Source of the DNA: an uncultured Zetaproteobacteria bacterium
Lineage (GTDB): Bacteria; Pseudomonadota; Zetaproteobacteria; Mariprofundales; Mariprofundaceae
Direction of reading: 5' to 3'
Length of the DNA stretch: 64,000 nucleotides
Assembly: GCA_964492895.1 (NCBI GenBank)
Contig: CAZBLR010000002.1
Coordinates: forward strand, 41,104 to 105,103
Shown: in pieces, positions 1 through 10,300 of the stretch
Numbering within the stretch: position 1 is the stretch's first letter
Layout of the letters: the number at the start of each line of letters is the position of its first letter
Translations under genes and position numbers: made by a program
Notes under the pieces: model-generated
What the model was told of the DNA's origin: nothing
The model's database searches: none
What the model saw: only the letters and a program-made list of their open reading frames with translations

Positions 1-559
1 GAAGCGTGAAACGCTCGACCTGTTCGGCACCGATGCGGCCGCCGGTCTTCTCGGCCACGTAGTCGGGCAGGTGGCTGTGCCGGTAGCCGAACACCGAATC
101 CCTGGCGAACTCCGTCTCGTGCACCGGCACGGCCTCGCCGTCGGCCAGCAGGTAATGGATCGAATCGCGCGTGAAACGCCCGCCCTCGAAGAAGGCCGGA
201 ACCAGGAAATGCGCATCGAACGGCCCTAGCTGATCGGCGATGACGTCGGTTTCGACCGGGTAGTGGCCGCGCAGCGTCGAATCGGAGCGGCTGACCAGGA
301 TCGGGTTGATCGGCCGGCCCTGTGCCGCCAGCTGCGCCAGCGCCGCGCGCACGTTGACGCAGGCCTCGCGCGTCACCGCCGCCGCCTTCGCCGCCGCCAT
401 GCCGCGCGTGTTGGTCAGCACGAAGAACAGCGGCGAAGCATCCGTGAGCGCCGTAACGAGTGTCGGTACGTCCCAGCGCGTCAGCAGCAGGCAGCCGTGC
501 ACCGTCTGCGACCCGGTCGGGTCGTCGTCGAGCACGATGATCTTCGTGACCTGCTCCAT
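1..559 (-). CDS. Four-carbon acid sugar kinase family protein (DUF1537, OtnK/DtnK-like), N-terminal part; the gene runs off the window edge
   Basis: It is absent from the ORF track because no stop lies in the window. Minus-strand translation from the ATG at 559-557 reads MEQVTKIIVLDDDPTGSQTVHGCLLLTRWDVPTLVTALTDASPLFFV. DDDPTGSQT is the N-terminal signature of DUF1537 kinases. The gene starts 4 nt after the stop of the upstream TPP-enzyme gene. Confidence 0.7.
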   Translation of the reverse strand, partial: MEQVTKIIVLDDDPTGSQTVHGCLLLTRWDVPTLVTALTDASPLFFVLTNTRGMAAAKAAAVTREACVNVRAALAQLAAQGRPINPILVSRSDSTLRGHYPVETDVIADQLGPFDAHFLVPAFFEGGRFTRDSIHYLLADGEAVPVHETEFARDSVFGYRHSHLPDYVAEKTGGRIGAEQVERFTL

Positions 560-563
560 GGGT

Positions 564-2756
564 CTATTTGAGCAGATTCCGCGCCCGCTCGGCCATGGCC
601 TCGGCGGTGATGCCGTTGAAGGCCATGATCTCGTCGGCCGAGGCGGTGGTCTCGCCGCGCTTCCAGCAGAAGGTGTCGCGCCTCGCCGCCCGCGTGCGCA
701 GCAGCACCGGCTCCAGCGACGCGGACGGCCCGCCGCTGACGCCGATCAGGGCATCGCCGTCGAACAGGGCGTTGAAGCGATCGTCGTCCATGAAGCTGTT
801 GTCCGGCTGGGACACGGTGTCCCAGGCCACGTCGGTCGGCCGGTACAGCAGGCGCGGGTTGACCGCGGCGACGATGCGCACGCGGTAGCCGTCGGCCTCC
901 AGCGCATCCTTGGCCGCGAACACCGGCAGCAGCACCATGTCGCCGGTCACGGCGAACACGACGGTGCCCTTGTCGCCGGCCGCACTCTCGTAGATCGCCG
1001 CCGCGCCCTCCTCGACCGCCTTCCTCGAGGTGTCCAGGTCCATGTACACCGGCAGCGGGCTCTTCGAGGCGATGATGACCATGCCCTTGTTGACGCTGTC
1101 GGTGGCGTATTCGTAGGCCGTCTGGATGCCGTTCGCATCGCAGGGGAACAGCGGGAACACGTTGCCGTTGCGCATCATCGCGGCGAACAGGTTCTCGATC
1201 TCCGGGCGCTGGTGCGTCCAGCCGTTGCGTCCCTGCTCCAGGGCGCCGGCCGTGAACATGCAGACGATCGACGGCGTCCTGCGGCGCAGCTCCGCCATCG
1301 CCTGGGTCACCGTCTGCACGATCGGCCAGCCGTTGATGGCGAACGACTCGTAGGACAGCCACAGGGCGCGCGAGCCGAACAGGGCCAGTCCGGCCGCCAG
1401 TCCGGCGCAGGCGTCCTCGTTCAGCGGCTCGTACACCTGGCCGTTCGGCTCCTGGTTGTACAGCGGGTCGCGCGAGGGGTGGCGGATCTTCAGCGCGTCG
1501 TTGATGTTCTTCATGGCCGAGGCCTCGTTGCCGTCGGCGTTGGTGACGACGAAGCGCGGATCGGCCTTGCCCATCTGGGCCACCAGCGCACCCATGGCGG
1601 TCGACGGCACGGCCTTGTCGCCGGGCTTGAAGGCCTCCATGGCCAGCTTCGGCATCGGCACGATGTCCAGCTCGCTTTCGGTGACCACGGTGCGGACGGC
1701 GGGGCCGCCGCCGGCGCGGGAGAAGTTGTCGCGCACGATCCGCCAGGCCTCGGGCGGCAGGGCGCGGCGCTTGAGTCCCTCGATGATGTGCGGCTGATCG
1801 AGCGTGTCCTTCGGGTACAGGTTGTGCGACTTGGCGCCGACGGTATGCACGCCGGCACCCTTCAGCTGCTTGATGATGAACGCGGTCAGTGTGCCGCCCA
1901 GGGACGAGCGGGCCGCCGCATCGACGCCCTGCAGCACGGCCTGGGCGAAGGCCAGGCGCCGGCCGTGCGAGAAGCGGGTGCTGTCGACGTAGGGCAGCTC
2001 CTGGCCGCTGTCGTCGAAGTCCTTGGCATCGACGAGCACGACCTGTTCGAAGCCGTGGCCCCGCCAGTAGGCGATCATCTCGTCGTTGGTCAGGCGCGAC
2101 ACCATCGAGTGGTGCTCCTGCGAGTAGCCGTTCCACACCAGCACCGGCAGGAAGTTCGTCACGTTCGGGAAGGCGGTGTGGAAATGCATCATGCTGTTCA
2201 GCACGTACGGCTCGCCCATGCCGCCGTCGCCGATGGTCACCGGGAACAGCTTGCCGGGATGCAGCAGGGCCCCGGCCATGGCGAAGTGCTGGCCCTGGCC
2301 GAGCGGGCCGGCCGGTGCCAGCAGGCCCGGCACGGCGCCGGACAGGTGGCCGAGCAGGCCGTGGCGCTCGCGGAAGCGCGCCATCATGTCGTCCATGGTA
2401 CGGATGCCCATCTCCTCCAGCGAGGAGTCGAGGAACATCGAGGAATAGAAGCCCGGCGCATGGTGGCCGACCTCGGTGACGATGTTGGTGTGCCCCAGCA
2501 TCACGAGGGCGGCATGCGCCTCGGCGCTGGAGGCGAAGCCGCCCGGATGGCCGGAGCCCTTGGAACCGGTCACCTGCAGCGTCAGGTAGCGCAGCGCATC
2601 CGCCGCCAGCAGCGCCTGGTAGGCGGCTTTGGCATCGGCCGCATCGGCGATGGCGGCCTGACCCTCGGCGATGACCGCCTGGTCGGCCTGGCTGTCGAAG
2701 TCCGGCCACTTGTCGCCGAAGTGCTGGATGCCCTGACAGAATTCCGGTGCGTTCAT
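564..2756 (-). CDS. Thiamine-diphosphate-dependent transketolase/phosphoketolase-like enzyme (about 730 aa)
   Basis: This is ORF 564..2774(-). The N-terminal half carries transketolase-type motifs: GSGHPGG, GPLGQGQ, and TIGDGGMGE followed by VWNGYSQ. The middle and C-terminal parts resemble phosphoketolase (WLSYESFAINGW, RNGWTHQRPE). The ATG at 2756 was preferred over the TTG at 2774 because a GAGGAG SD lies 8 nt upstream. Confidence 0.8.
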   Translation of the reverse strand: MNAPEFCQGIQHFGDKWPDFDSQADQAVIAEGQAAIADAADAKAAYQALLAADALRYLTLQVTGSKGSGHPGGFASSAEAHAALVMLGHTNIVTEVGHHAPGFYSSMFLDSSLEEMGIRTMDDMMARFRERHGLLGHLSGAVPGLLAPAGPLGQGQHFAMAGALLHPGKLFPVTIGDGGMGEPYVLNSMMHFHTAFPNVTNFLPVLVWNGYSQEHHSMVSRLTNDEMIAYWRGHGFEQVVLVDAKDFDDSGQELPYVDSTRFSHGRRLAFAQAVLQGVDAAARSSLGGTLTAFIIKQLKGAGVHTVGAKSHNLYPKDTLDQPHIIEGLKRRALPPEAWRIVRDNFSRAGGGPAVRTVVTESELDIVPMPKLAMEAFKPGDKAVPSTAMGALVAQMGKADPRFVVTNADGNEASAMKNINDALKIRHPSRDPLYNQEPNGQVYEPLNEDACAGLAAGLALFGSRALWLSYESFAINGWPIVQTVTQAMAELRRRTPSIVCMFTAGALEQGRNGWTHQRPEIENLFAAMMRNGNVFPLFPCDANGIQTAYEYATDSVNKGMVIIASKSPLPVYMDLDTSRKAVEEGAAAIYESAAGDKGTVVFAVTGDMVLLPVFAAKDALEADGYRVRIVAAVNPRLLYRPTDVAWDTVSQPDNSFMDDDRFNALFDGDALIGVSGGPSASLEPVLLRTRAARRDTFCWKRGETTASADEIMAFNGITAEAMAERARNLLK

Positions 2757-2830
2757 GGTGCTGCTCCTCAACAAAGAAATGACGGCGGCCGGCTGCCGGC
2801 CAGTGCCGATACCTTACCGAACCGGTCGTG

Positions 2831-2865
2831 ATTGCGCAATGCACAATTGATTTCATAATGTGAAA
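2831..2865. promoter_or_regulatory. Candidate operator palindromes in the divergent promoter region between the TPP-enzyme operon and the IclR gene
   Basis: A perfect 10-bp palindrome ATTGCGCAAT lies at 2831-2840. An inverted repeat TTTCA-N5-TGAAA lies at 2851-2865. Both sit in an AT-richer 107-nt intergenic region. Confidence 0.3.
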
Positions 2866-2881
2866 GATATATCCTCGGCCC

Positions 2882-3643
2882 ATGACGGCTACCTCGAACA
2901 TCCAGGTCATCGACCGTGCGGCGGCGCTGCTGGACAGCCTGGCGCAGCACGGCCAGGCCAGCCTCAAGCTGCTGGCCGCCGATACCGGCCTGCACAGCTC
3001 GACCGCCTTCCGCATCCTGGCCTCGTTGCAGCAGCACGGCTGGGTCGCGCGCGACGGCAGCGGCGCCTACCAGCTGGGCGGCGGCCTGATGCGCTATGCT
3101 GCGCGTGCGGGCCAGGGGATCGACCTGAAGCAGGCGGCCGTGCCCATCATGGCGGCGCTGCGGGACCAGACCGGCGAGACCGTGAACCTGACCCTGCGCG
3201 AGGGCGACGAGGTCATCTATGTCGAACGCGCCATCTCCCATCGCCTGATGCGGGTGGAGCAGGTCATCGGCAGCCGCGCGCCGCTGCACGTGACGGCGGT
3301 CGGCAAGCTGCTGCTGGGCGAGGAGACGACCGAGGGCTGCCTCGATTACGCCCGGCGTACCGGCCTGCCGGCCTATACGGACAACACCATCACCGATGCC
3401 GGGGCGCTGGTCGATGCGGTACGGCGCGCCAAGGCGCAGGGTTATGCCTACGATAACGAGGAGGCGGAGCTCGGCGTCGGCTGCATCGGCGTACTGGTGC
3501 GCGATGCCGGGGGCCGAGCCGTGGCCGGGCTGTCCATCTCGGCGCCACGGGAACGGCGCCGGGACGAATGGGTGCCGGTGTTGCAGGAGGCCGGCCGACA
3601 GCTGTCGCAACGGCTCGGCTATTTCGATCATCCGGCACCATGA
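2882..3643 (+). CDS. IclR family transcriptional regulator
   Basis: The 253-aa product has an N-terminal wHTH (VIDRAAALLDSLA...LKLLAADTGLHSSTAFRIL) and a C-terminal IclR effector domain (YAYDNEEAELGVGCIGVLV). It is divergent from the TPP-enzyme/kinase operon. Confidence 0.9.
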   Translation: MTATSNIQVIDRAAALLDSLAQHGQASLKLLAADTGLHSSTAFRILASLQQHGWVARDGSGAYQLGGGLMRYAARAGQGIDLKQAAVPIMAALRDQTGETVNLTLREGDEVIYVERAISHRLMRVEQVIGSRAPLHVTAVGKLLLGEETTEGCLDYARRTGLPAYTDNTITDAGALVDAVRRAKAQGYAYDNEEAELGVGCIGVLVRDAGGRAVAGLSISAPRERRRDEWVPVLQEAGRQLSQRLGYFDHPAP

Positions 3644-3751
3644 TGCCCTGGGCGGTTGAGTCCCGCCCTTCCCCTCCTTGACAAACCGGGTCGGTGGTCC
3701 ACGTTTCATAGCAGGCCTGCGGTATCCGTCGCCCGCGGAAAGGGGGCAGCA

Positions 3752-4834
3752 ATGGCAGCAACACAGCGATTGCATGACATCGGTCAGAGCCTCTGGCTCG
3801 ACAACATCACGCGCGATTTGCTGACCAGCGGTACGCTGGAGCGCTACATCCGTGAGCTTTCGGTTACGGGCCTGACCTCCAATCCCACGATCTTCGATCA
3901 TGCCATCACGGACGGTGATGCCTATGACGAGGCCATCCGCCAAAAGGCGCTCGCCGGCAAACCGGACGAGGCGCTGTTCTTCGAGCTGGCCCTGGAGGAC
4001 CTGGTGCAGGCCGCGGACCTGTTGCGTCCGGTCCACGACGCCAGCAGCGGCGTCGACGGCTGGGTGTCGCTCGAGGTATCGCCGCTGCTCGCGGACGATA
4101 CCGCCGCCAGCATCGAGGCGGCGTCGCGCCTGCACGCCCAGGCCCAGCGCCCCAACGTGTTCATCAAGATTCCGGGTACCGGTGCCGGGCTGCCCGCGAT
4201 CGAGGAGAGCATCTTCGCCGGAGTACCGGTCAACGTGACGCTGCTGTTCTCCCGCGAGCACTACCTGGCCGCGGCGGCGGCGTACATGCGCGGCCTCGAA
4301 CGGCGCCTCGCCGCCGGCCTGGACCCGGCCGTGGCCTCCGTGGCCTCGCTGTTCGTCAGCCGCTGGGACGTGGCCGTCCAGGACAGGGTCCCGCCCGCAT
4401 TGCGCAACCGTCTCGGTATCGCCGTCGCCATGGACAGCTACCGGGCCTACCGGGAGCTGCTGGCCTCGGAGCGCTGGCAAGGCCTGGCGGATGCCGGTGC
4501 CCGGCCGCAGCGTCTGCTGTGGGCCAGCACCGGCACCAAGAATCCCGAGGCCTCGGACATCCTGTACATCGAGGCGCTGGCCGCCCCCGATACGGTCAAC
4601 ACCATGCCCGAGAAGACGCTGCACGCCTTTGCCGGGCATGGCGAGGTCCGCGGCGTGCTGCCGGCCGATGGCGGCGATGCCGGGGAGACGCTCTCGGCCT
4701 TCGCCCGCGAGGGGATCGATGTCGAGGCGCTGGCCGCGCAGCTGCAGGAGGAGGGAGTCGACGCCTTCGCCCGGTCGTGGCGTGACCTGATGCAGCGCAT
4801 CGCGGCCAAGCGGGAGTCGCTGGGCCGTGGCTAG
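3752..4834 (+). CDS. tal: Transaldolase
   Basis: This is ORF 3656..4834. Motifs seen are SLWLDNITRD, TSNPTIF, VSLEVSP and the Schiff-base region NVFIKIPGT. The ATG at 3752 was chosen because of a GGAAAGGGGG SD just upstream. Confidence 0.9.
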   Translation: MAATQRLHDIGQSLWLDNITRDLLTSGTLERYIRELSVTGLTSNPTIFDHAITDGDAYDEAIRQKALAGKPDEALFFELALEDLVQAADLLRPVHDASSGVDGWVSLEVSPLLADDTAASIEAASRLHAQAQRPNVFIKIPGTGAGLPAIEESIFAGVPVNVTLLFSREHYLAAAAAYMRGLERRLAAGLDPAVASVASLFVSRWDVAVQDRVPPALRNRLGIAVAMDSYRAYRELLASERWQGLADAGARPQRLLWASTGTKNPEASDILYIEALAAPDTVNTMPEKTLHAFAGHGEVRGVLPADGGDAGETLSAFAREGIDVEALAAQLQEEGVDAFARSWRDLMQRIAAKRESLGRG

Positions 4835-4849
4835 GTAGGGGCCCTACAC

Positions 4850-4866
4850 CTTAAGTCGGCGTTAAG
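4850..4866 (+). promoter_or_regulatory. Direct-repeat box CTTAAG-N5-GTTAAG, a candidate OmpR-family response-regulator site, 24 nt upstream of the OMF start
   Basis: TTAAGTC occurs at 4851 and 4862, an 11-bp periodicity. A near-identical box lies at 10427-10443. The short distance to the ATG weakens the case for a classical activator site. Confidence 0.35.
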
Positions 4867-4889
4867 TCATATCGGGGCAGCGTGCGCCG

Positions 4890-6269
4890 ATGTGGCAGAG
4901 ATCGACGCTGGACCCCAATCGCTGCGCGCGGCCCGGGCTGTTGCTTGCCGGGCTGTTGCTGCTGGGCGGTTGTGCCCGCTATCAGGCCCTGCCCCTGAAC
5001 GATCATCCGCAATGGCCTTCGTCCTTCGCCCATCTTGACGTCACACGCGCCAGCCTGCCGTTCCCCCAGCTGGCCAGGCACCGGTTCGATCCGTCGGACG
5101 GCCTGGACATGACCGAGGTGGCGATGCTGGCCGTGGCCAACAATCCCGATCTCAGGCTGGCCCGCGATGATGCCGGTATCGGCCGGGCCCAGGCCTTCGC
5201 CGCCGGCCTGCTGCCCGATCCGCAGCTGAGCGTCAGCCGCGACCTGCCGGCCTCCTCCGCAACGGGTCTGGTCAGCGCCTACAGCATCAGCCCCGGCTAC
5301 GACCTGCAGAGCCTGCTCCTGCACGGCACTGGCCATGCGGCAGCCGAGGCCGATAGCCGGCAGATCGATCTGAACCTGTTGTGGCAGGAATGGCAGGTCG
5401 TGTCCCAGGCGAGGGTGCTGTTCTCGCGCGCGATCAGCCAGGACGCATTGCTTGGCTGGCTGCAGCAGAACCAGCGGATGCTGCATGATCGGTATGTCCG
5501 CACCAAGGCGGCAGCCGAGGCCGGCAATGTCACCGCCGATGCGGCCAATGCGAGCCTGGTGGCCTGGCAGGATATCGGCCGCCAGGTGAACGACCTGCAA
5601 CGCCAGCGGCTGCAGACGCGGCACGATCTGAATACGCTGCTCGGCCTGGCGCCGCAGACGGTGCTGCCGTTGCGAAACAGTGAATCGCTGGCGCTGCCGG
5701 ACAGGCAGGCGATCGATGCGGCGCTGGCCGAGCTGCCGCGGCGTCGCCCGGACCTGCTGGCGCTGCAGGCCGGCTATCGCGCCCAGGATGCGCGCTACCG
5801 CCAGGCCATCCTGGCCCAGTTCCCGCCGCTGAACCTGGCCTACGCCCTGGCACGCGATACCGGCGGCGTGGTCACGCACGGCCTGGCCCTGGCGATGGCC
5901 GTGCCGCTGCTGAACGGCAACCGCGGCCAGATCGCCGTCAGCAAGGCAACCCGGCAACGCCTGCACGATGCATACGAGAACCGGGTGCTGGCTGCCCGCG
6001 CCATGGTCCACCGCCTGCTGGCGGACAGCCGCCTGATCACGGCCCAGCTGGCCACGGTGCGGGCCGGCCTGCCGCAGCTGGATGCCGTGGCCGAAAGCGC
6101 CCGCCAAAGCCTGGAGCAAGGCGATATGGACGAGGCCGGCTTCGTGCCGATCGAGACCGCCCGCATCAACAAGCACATCGAGGCCATCACCCTGCAGCAG
6201 GCCCTGCTGGAAGACCGCATCGCCCTGCTGACCCTGCTCGGCCTCGACAGCGCAGGAGCCCACCCATGA
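4890..6269 (+). CDS. RND efflux outer-membrane factor lipoprotein (TolC/NodT family)
   Basis: The 459-aa product has a signal peptide with lipobox LLLLGGC. Its stop overlaps the MFP start (ATGA). Confidence 0.85.
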   Translation: MWQRSTLDPNRCARPGLLLAGLLLLGGCARYQALPLNDHPQWPSSFAHLDVTRASLPFPQLARHRFDPSDGLDMTEVAMLAVANNPDLRLARDDAGIGRAQAFAAGLLPDPQLSVSRDLPASSATGLVSAYSISPGYDLQSLLLHGTGHAAAEADSRQIDLNLLWQEWQVVSQARVLFSRAISQDALLGWLQQNQRMLHDRYVRTKAAAEAGNVTADAANASLVAWQDIGRQVNDLQRQRLQTRHDLNTLLGLAPQTVLPLRNSESLALPDRQAIDAALAELPRRRPDLLALQAGYRAQDARYRQAILAQFPPLNLAYALARDTGGVVTHGLALAMAVPLLNGNRGQIAVSKATRQRLHDAYENRVLAARAMVHRLLADSRLITAQLATVRAGLPQLDAVAESARQSLEQGDMDEAGFVPIETARINKHIEAITLQQALLEDRIALLTLLGLDSAGAHP

Positions 6270-7330
6270 AACATTTTTCGCTGATCATCCTTACAGCGGT
6301 GTGGGCCGCCATCATCGGCCCGGGGCCCGCCCTTGCCGACGATGGCGGCGGTGTCGTGGTGACGGTTCATCTGATCCCGCTGCAGCAGGGGAGCCTGCCA
6401 ACGTCCGTGACCACGTACGGCAGGGTGATGCCGTCCCAGAAAGCGCGACAGACGCTCTCAGCACCCGTTGCCGCCCGGGTGGGCAACGTCGAAGTCCAGG
6501 AAGGCGAGAGGGTTGGCCGGGGCGCACCGCTGGTGACGCTGGTCCCGAGCCCCGGGACGCGCTCAAACTACAAGCAGGCCGAACTGGCGCTCAAGGTCGC
6601 CCGGCAACTTTTGGCACGGAGCCGGCAGCTGGCCGCGGCACATCTGGAGACGGCTGCCCAGCTGGCGCAGGATGAAAAAAAGGCAGCAGATGCAAAGACC
6701 ACGCTGGAGGCGCTACGGGAGGAGGGCGCCAACGGCCCGAATACACTGAAGGCACCATTCGACGCCGTCATCACGCGCATCGCCGCGAGTTCCGGTGCAT
6801 TCGTTGCCCAGGGCGCGCCGGTCATCGAACTTGCCCGCCCGGCAGGGCTGGTATTCAAAACCGGGGTGGTGCCCGCCGAGGCCACAGAGATCAGGAACGG
6901 CGACGAAGCGATGATTACGCCGTTCAGCGGAAGCGGAACGTTTCACGGCAAGGTGGTCCTGCGCGGATCCGTTGTCTCAGCACAGAACGGCCTTGTCCCC
7001 ATCGAGATATCGCTTGCTGACAGTCCCTTGCTCACGGGGGAAATGGGCAAGGTGGTGATCGATACCGGCGTCAAACAGGGCTACGTCGTTCCTCACGAAG
7101 CGGTCCTGCTCAACACGAGCGGACAGACCTATATCGTGCAGTCGATCGACGATGTCGCCCGGCTGATCCCGGTGACGGTCGTGACATCCGAGGGCGACAG
7201 GGATCTGGTCCAGGGCGATCTTGTCGCCGGTGCGGCCGTGGTTGGCACGGGAAACTACCAGCTCGACGACGGCACAAGGATACGTGCGGCCGGGAACAGC
7301 GGCGGCGCGGCTGGTAACGGCAGCCGATGA
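6266..7330 (+). CDS. RND efflux periplasmic adaptor (membrane fusion protein)
   Basis: The 354-aa product has a signal/TM region, then coiled-coil (ELALKVARQLLARSRQLAAA...) and beta-barrel segments. ATGA overlaps join it to both neighbours. Confidence 0.85.
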   Translation: MKHFSLIILTAVWAAIIGPGPALADDGGGVVVTVHLIPLQQGSLPTSVTTYGRVMPSQKARQTLSAPVAARVGNVEVQEGERVGRGAPLVTLVPSPGTRSNYKQAELALKVARQLLARSRQLAAAHLETAAQLAQDEKKAADAKTTLEALREEGANGPNTLKAPFDAVITRIAASSGAFVAQGAPVIELARPAGLVFKTGVVPAEATEIRNGDEAMITPFSGSGTFHGKVVLRGSVVSAQNGLVPIEISLADSPLLTGEMGKVVIDTGVKQGYVVPHEAVLLNTSGQTYIVQSIDDVARLIPVTVVTSEGDRDLVQGDLVAGAAVVGTGNYQLDDGTRIRAAGNSGGAAGNGSR

Positions 7331-10300
7331 ACTTCATCAGCTGGGTTGAGAGCCACCGGCGGAGTCTGCTGTTTATCGCCTTTGCGGCGACGTTGGCGGG
7401 TGTCATGGCGGGCATCACACTCCCGATCCAGCTGTTCCCGACCGTCAATTTCCCGCGTATCCGGGTCGAGATCAACAGCGGCGAGATGCCGGCCAGCACC
7501 ATGCTGATCAAGGTGACGGAGCCCCTGGAAAAGGTGGCGCGTGCCGTACCGGGCGCGCTCAACGTCGAATCGACAACCACCCGCGGGTCGGCGGAGATCT
7601 TCGTCGATTTCCCGTGGGGCTACAACATGACCAATGCGCTGCTGCGCGTCGAGGCGGCCCTGGCACAGAAACTACCGGACCTGCCTCCGGGGACGGGCTA
7701 CGATGCACTGCAGATGGCGCCCAACGCGATCATGCCGTTCGTCTCCTTCGCGTTGATCTCCGACACGGTGTCACCGGCCGAGTTGCAGACCATGGCCAAA
7801 TACCAGATCGCGCCGCTGCTGACCGGGATACCCGGCATCCGGAAGGTCAGCACGCTCGGCGGCCAAACCAGCGAGGTCCAGGTTTACATCAGCCCGGAGC
7901 AACTCCAGGCCTACGGTCTGACGCCGACCGACGTCGCCCGTGCCGTCTCCGGGGCGAACTCACTGGAAGCGGTGGGGCGTCTCCAGGACAACGACCTGCT
8001 GTATCTGACGCTGACGAACAACCAGTTCACATCCATCCAGTCGGTCCGCAACGTCACCCTGCACACGAAGACCGGTGACCTCGTTCGCCTGGGCAACATC
8101 GCCAGGGTGGAAATGGGTTCGATCCCGCAGTGGCTGCTGGTGGATGACGATGGGCAGCCGTCGGTCAATATCAACGTCTTTCAGCAGGATAACGCCGACT
8201 CGCTGAAGCTGAAGAACGAGGTCGTTTCGAAACTCGACACCTTCATGAAGAAGGCGCCGAAGGGGATCACCGTCCATAAGTGGTATGACCAGACCGATCT
8301 CGTCAGCTCGTCCATCGGTGCCATGGAAGAGGCGATCGTCATCGGCCTGATCTTTGCCGCCTGCGTGGTGCTGGGATTCCTGCGCAACTGGCGCGCGGCG
8401 CTGGTGTCGATGATCACCGTGCCCATGTCCGTCCTGGCCACCTGCGTGCTGCTGTCCGCATTCGGGATGACATTCAACATCATGACCCTCGGCGGTATCG
8501 CCGCCGCCATCGGTCTGCTGATCGACGACGCGATCGTCATGGTCGAGCATGTGGCGCGTCGTGCGGGCGTCCCTGAACTGGAACAGCCGCAGCGGGCCGT
8601 GCTCGGGGCGGCGCGGGAGTTCCTGGCGCCCCTGACGGGATCCAGCAGCGCCACCATCATCATGTTCATCCCGCTGGCGTTCCTGTCCGGGGTGACGGGG
8701 GCGTTTTTCAAGTTCCTGTCGATCACCATGGCGTCGTCCCTGATCATCTCCTACGGCTTCACGGCCCTGCTGGTGCCGCTGATGGCCCGCGGGCTCATCG
8801 ACTTCAACAAGTGGCACGATCCGTCGCATGACAGCGAGGACTGGATGCGGCGCCTCCACGGGCGCCTGCTCGGCGGACTGTTCGCGCGGCCGTGGCTGGC
8901 CGTCGTCATCCTCGCTGTCGTCGCCGCTGTCGGTTATCTTGGCCAGCGGCACGCAGGTTCGGGCTTCCTGCCAAAGATGGACGAAGGCGGGTTCGTGCTG
9001 GATTATCAAACGGCACCCAGCACCTCATTCATCGAGACCAATCGGGAACTCGCACTCGTCGAGGCGATCCTCAAGAAAAATCCGTACGTGGAAACCTACT
9101 CGCGCCGCACCGGCGCCGGTCTGGGCGGCGACCTGATCATGCCCTACGGCGGTGATTTCTTCGTCGAGCTGGTTCCGCCGTCCAGGCGGCCGCCCATCTG
9201 GACCGTGATGGCCCAGATCCGGGAGAAAGTCGACGCCGCGGTTCCGGGGTTGACCTATGACACCCATCAGCTGCTGAGCGATATGATCGGGGACATGGTC
9301 GGCCGGCGACAGCCGGTGGTGATCAATCTCAGCGCGAACGATCCGGACATTCTGCCCGGCGTCGCCGGGAAGGTTGCGGATGCGATCGCCCACGCCGCCG
9401 GCATCCAGCCGTCGTCGGTCGATCCGGGTACGCTTCCCACCGGCGATGCCCTGAATATCCACGTCAATCAGGCGCAGGCCGCCATGAACGGCCTGACGGT
9501 GGCCGAGGTCAAGGACCAGGTCGCCCGCTATCTCAGGGGCGACGTCGTCACGGACTATATGGGCGTCGTGCAGCCTGTCGGGGTACGTATCTGGTCGCAG
9601 CCCCAGAATGCGCACTACCGGGAACACAGCCGGCTGCAGCGCGACGAAATCAAGAACCTTCTGATCCAGGCGCCGGACGGGCACACCTTCCCGCTGGGAT
9701 CGATGGCAACGGTCAAGTTCGTCTACGGACAGCCGGCGCTGTTCCGGGAGAACCTGGCGCAGATCATTCCGGTGACGGCCGAAACCAGCGGCAAGCTGGC
9801 CCTGAGCACGACCATCGCTTCGGTCAAAGCCACCCTGGACAAGGTGCTGCCCGAGGGGGTCTATTACACCTTGGGCGGCGCCTACAAGCAGGAGGCGAAG
9901 GCCGCGCGCGGCATGAAGATGGTGTTCGCCGCCGTCGCACTGGCCGAGGTCATTCTCCTGCTTTTCCTCTACGAAAACTGGTGGTTCCCGGTGATCATCC
10001 TGGGCACGTCAACCCTCTCCGCCGGTGCGGTATTCTTCGGTCTGTGGGTGACCGGTGTCGAACTCAATATCACCGCGATGATGGGAATGGTGATGATTCT
10101 CGGCATCGCGGTAGAGATGTCGATCTTCCTGTTTTCCGAGTTCCAGAACCTCCGAAACACGATGCCGCCGCGGCAGGCGATCTTTGAGGCGGCGCTCAAC
10201 CGGTTCCGTCCGATTATCATGAGCACCCTGGCCATGATCCTGGCGCTGCTGCCGCTGGGTGCTGCGATCAGCGGTTCCGGTGACCAGATGCTGCAGCCGC

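Noticed and set aside
306-2831. An 841-aa plus-strand ORF and an 844-aa minus-strand ORF (481..3015) overlap the TPP-enzyme gene.
   Set aside because: Their translations are low-complexity and rich in Arg, Ala, Gly and Pro, with no recognisable motifs. They are antisense or off-frame shadows of a clearly motif-bearing gene, which is typical for high-GC DNA.
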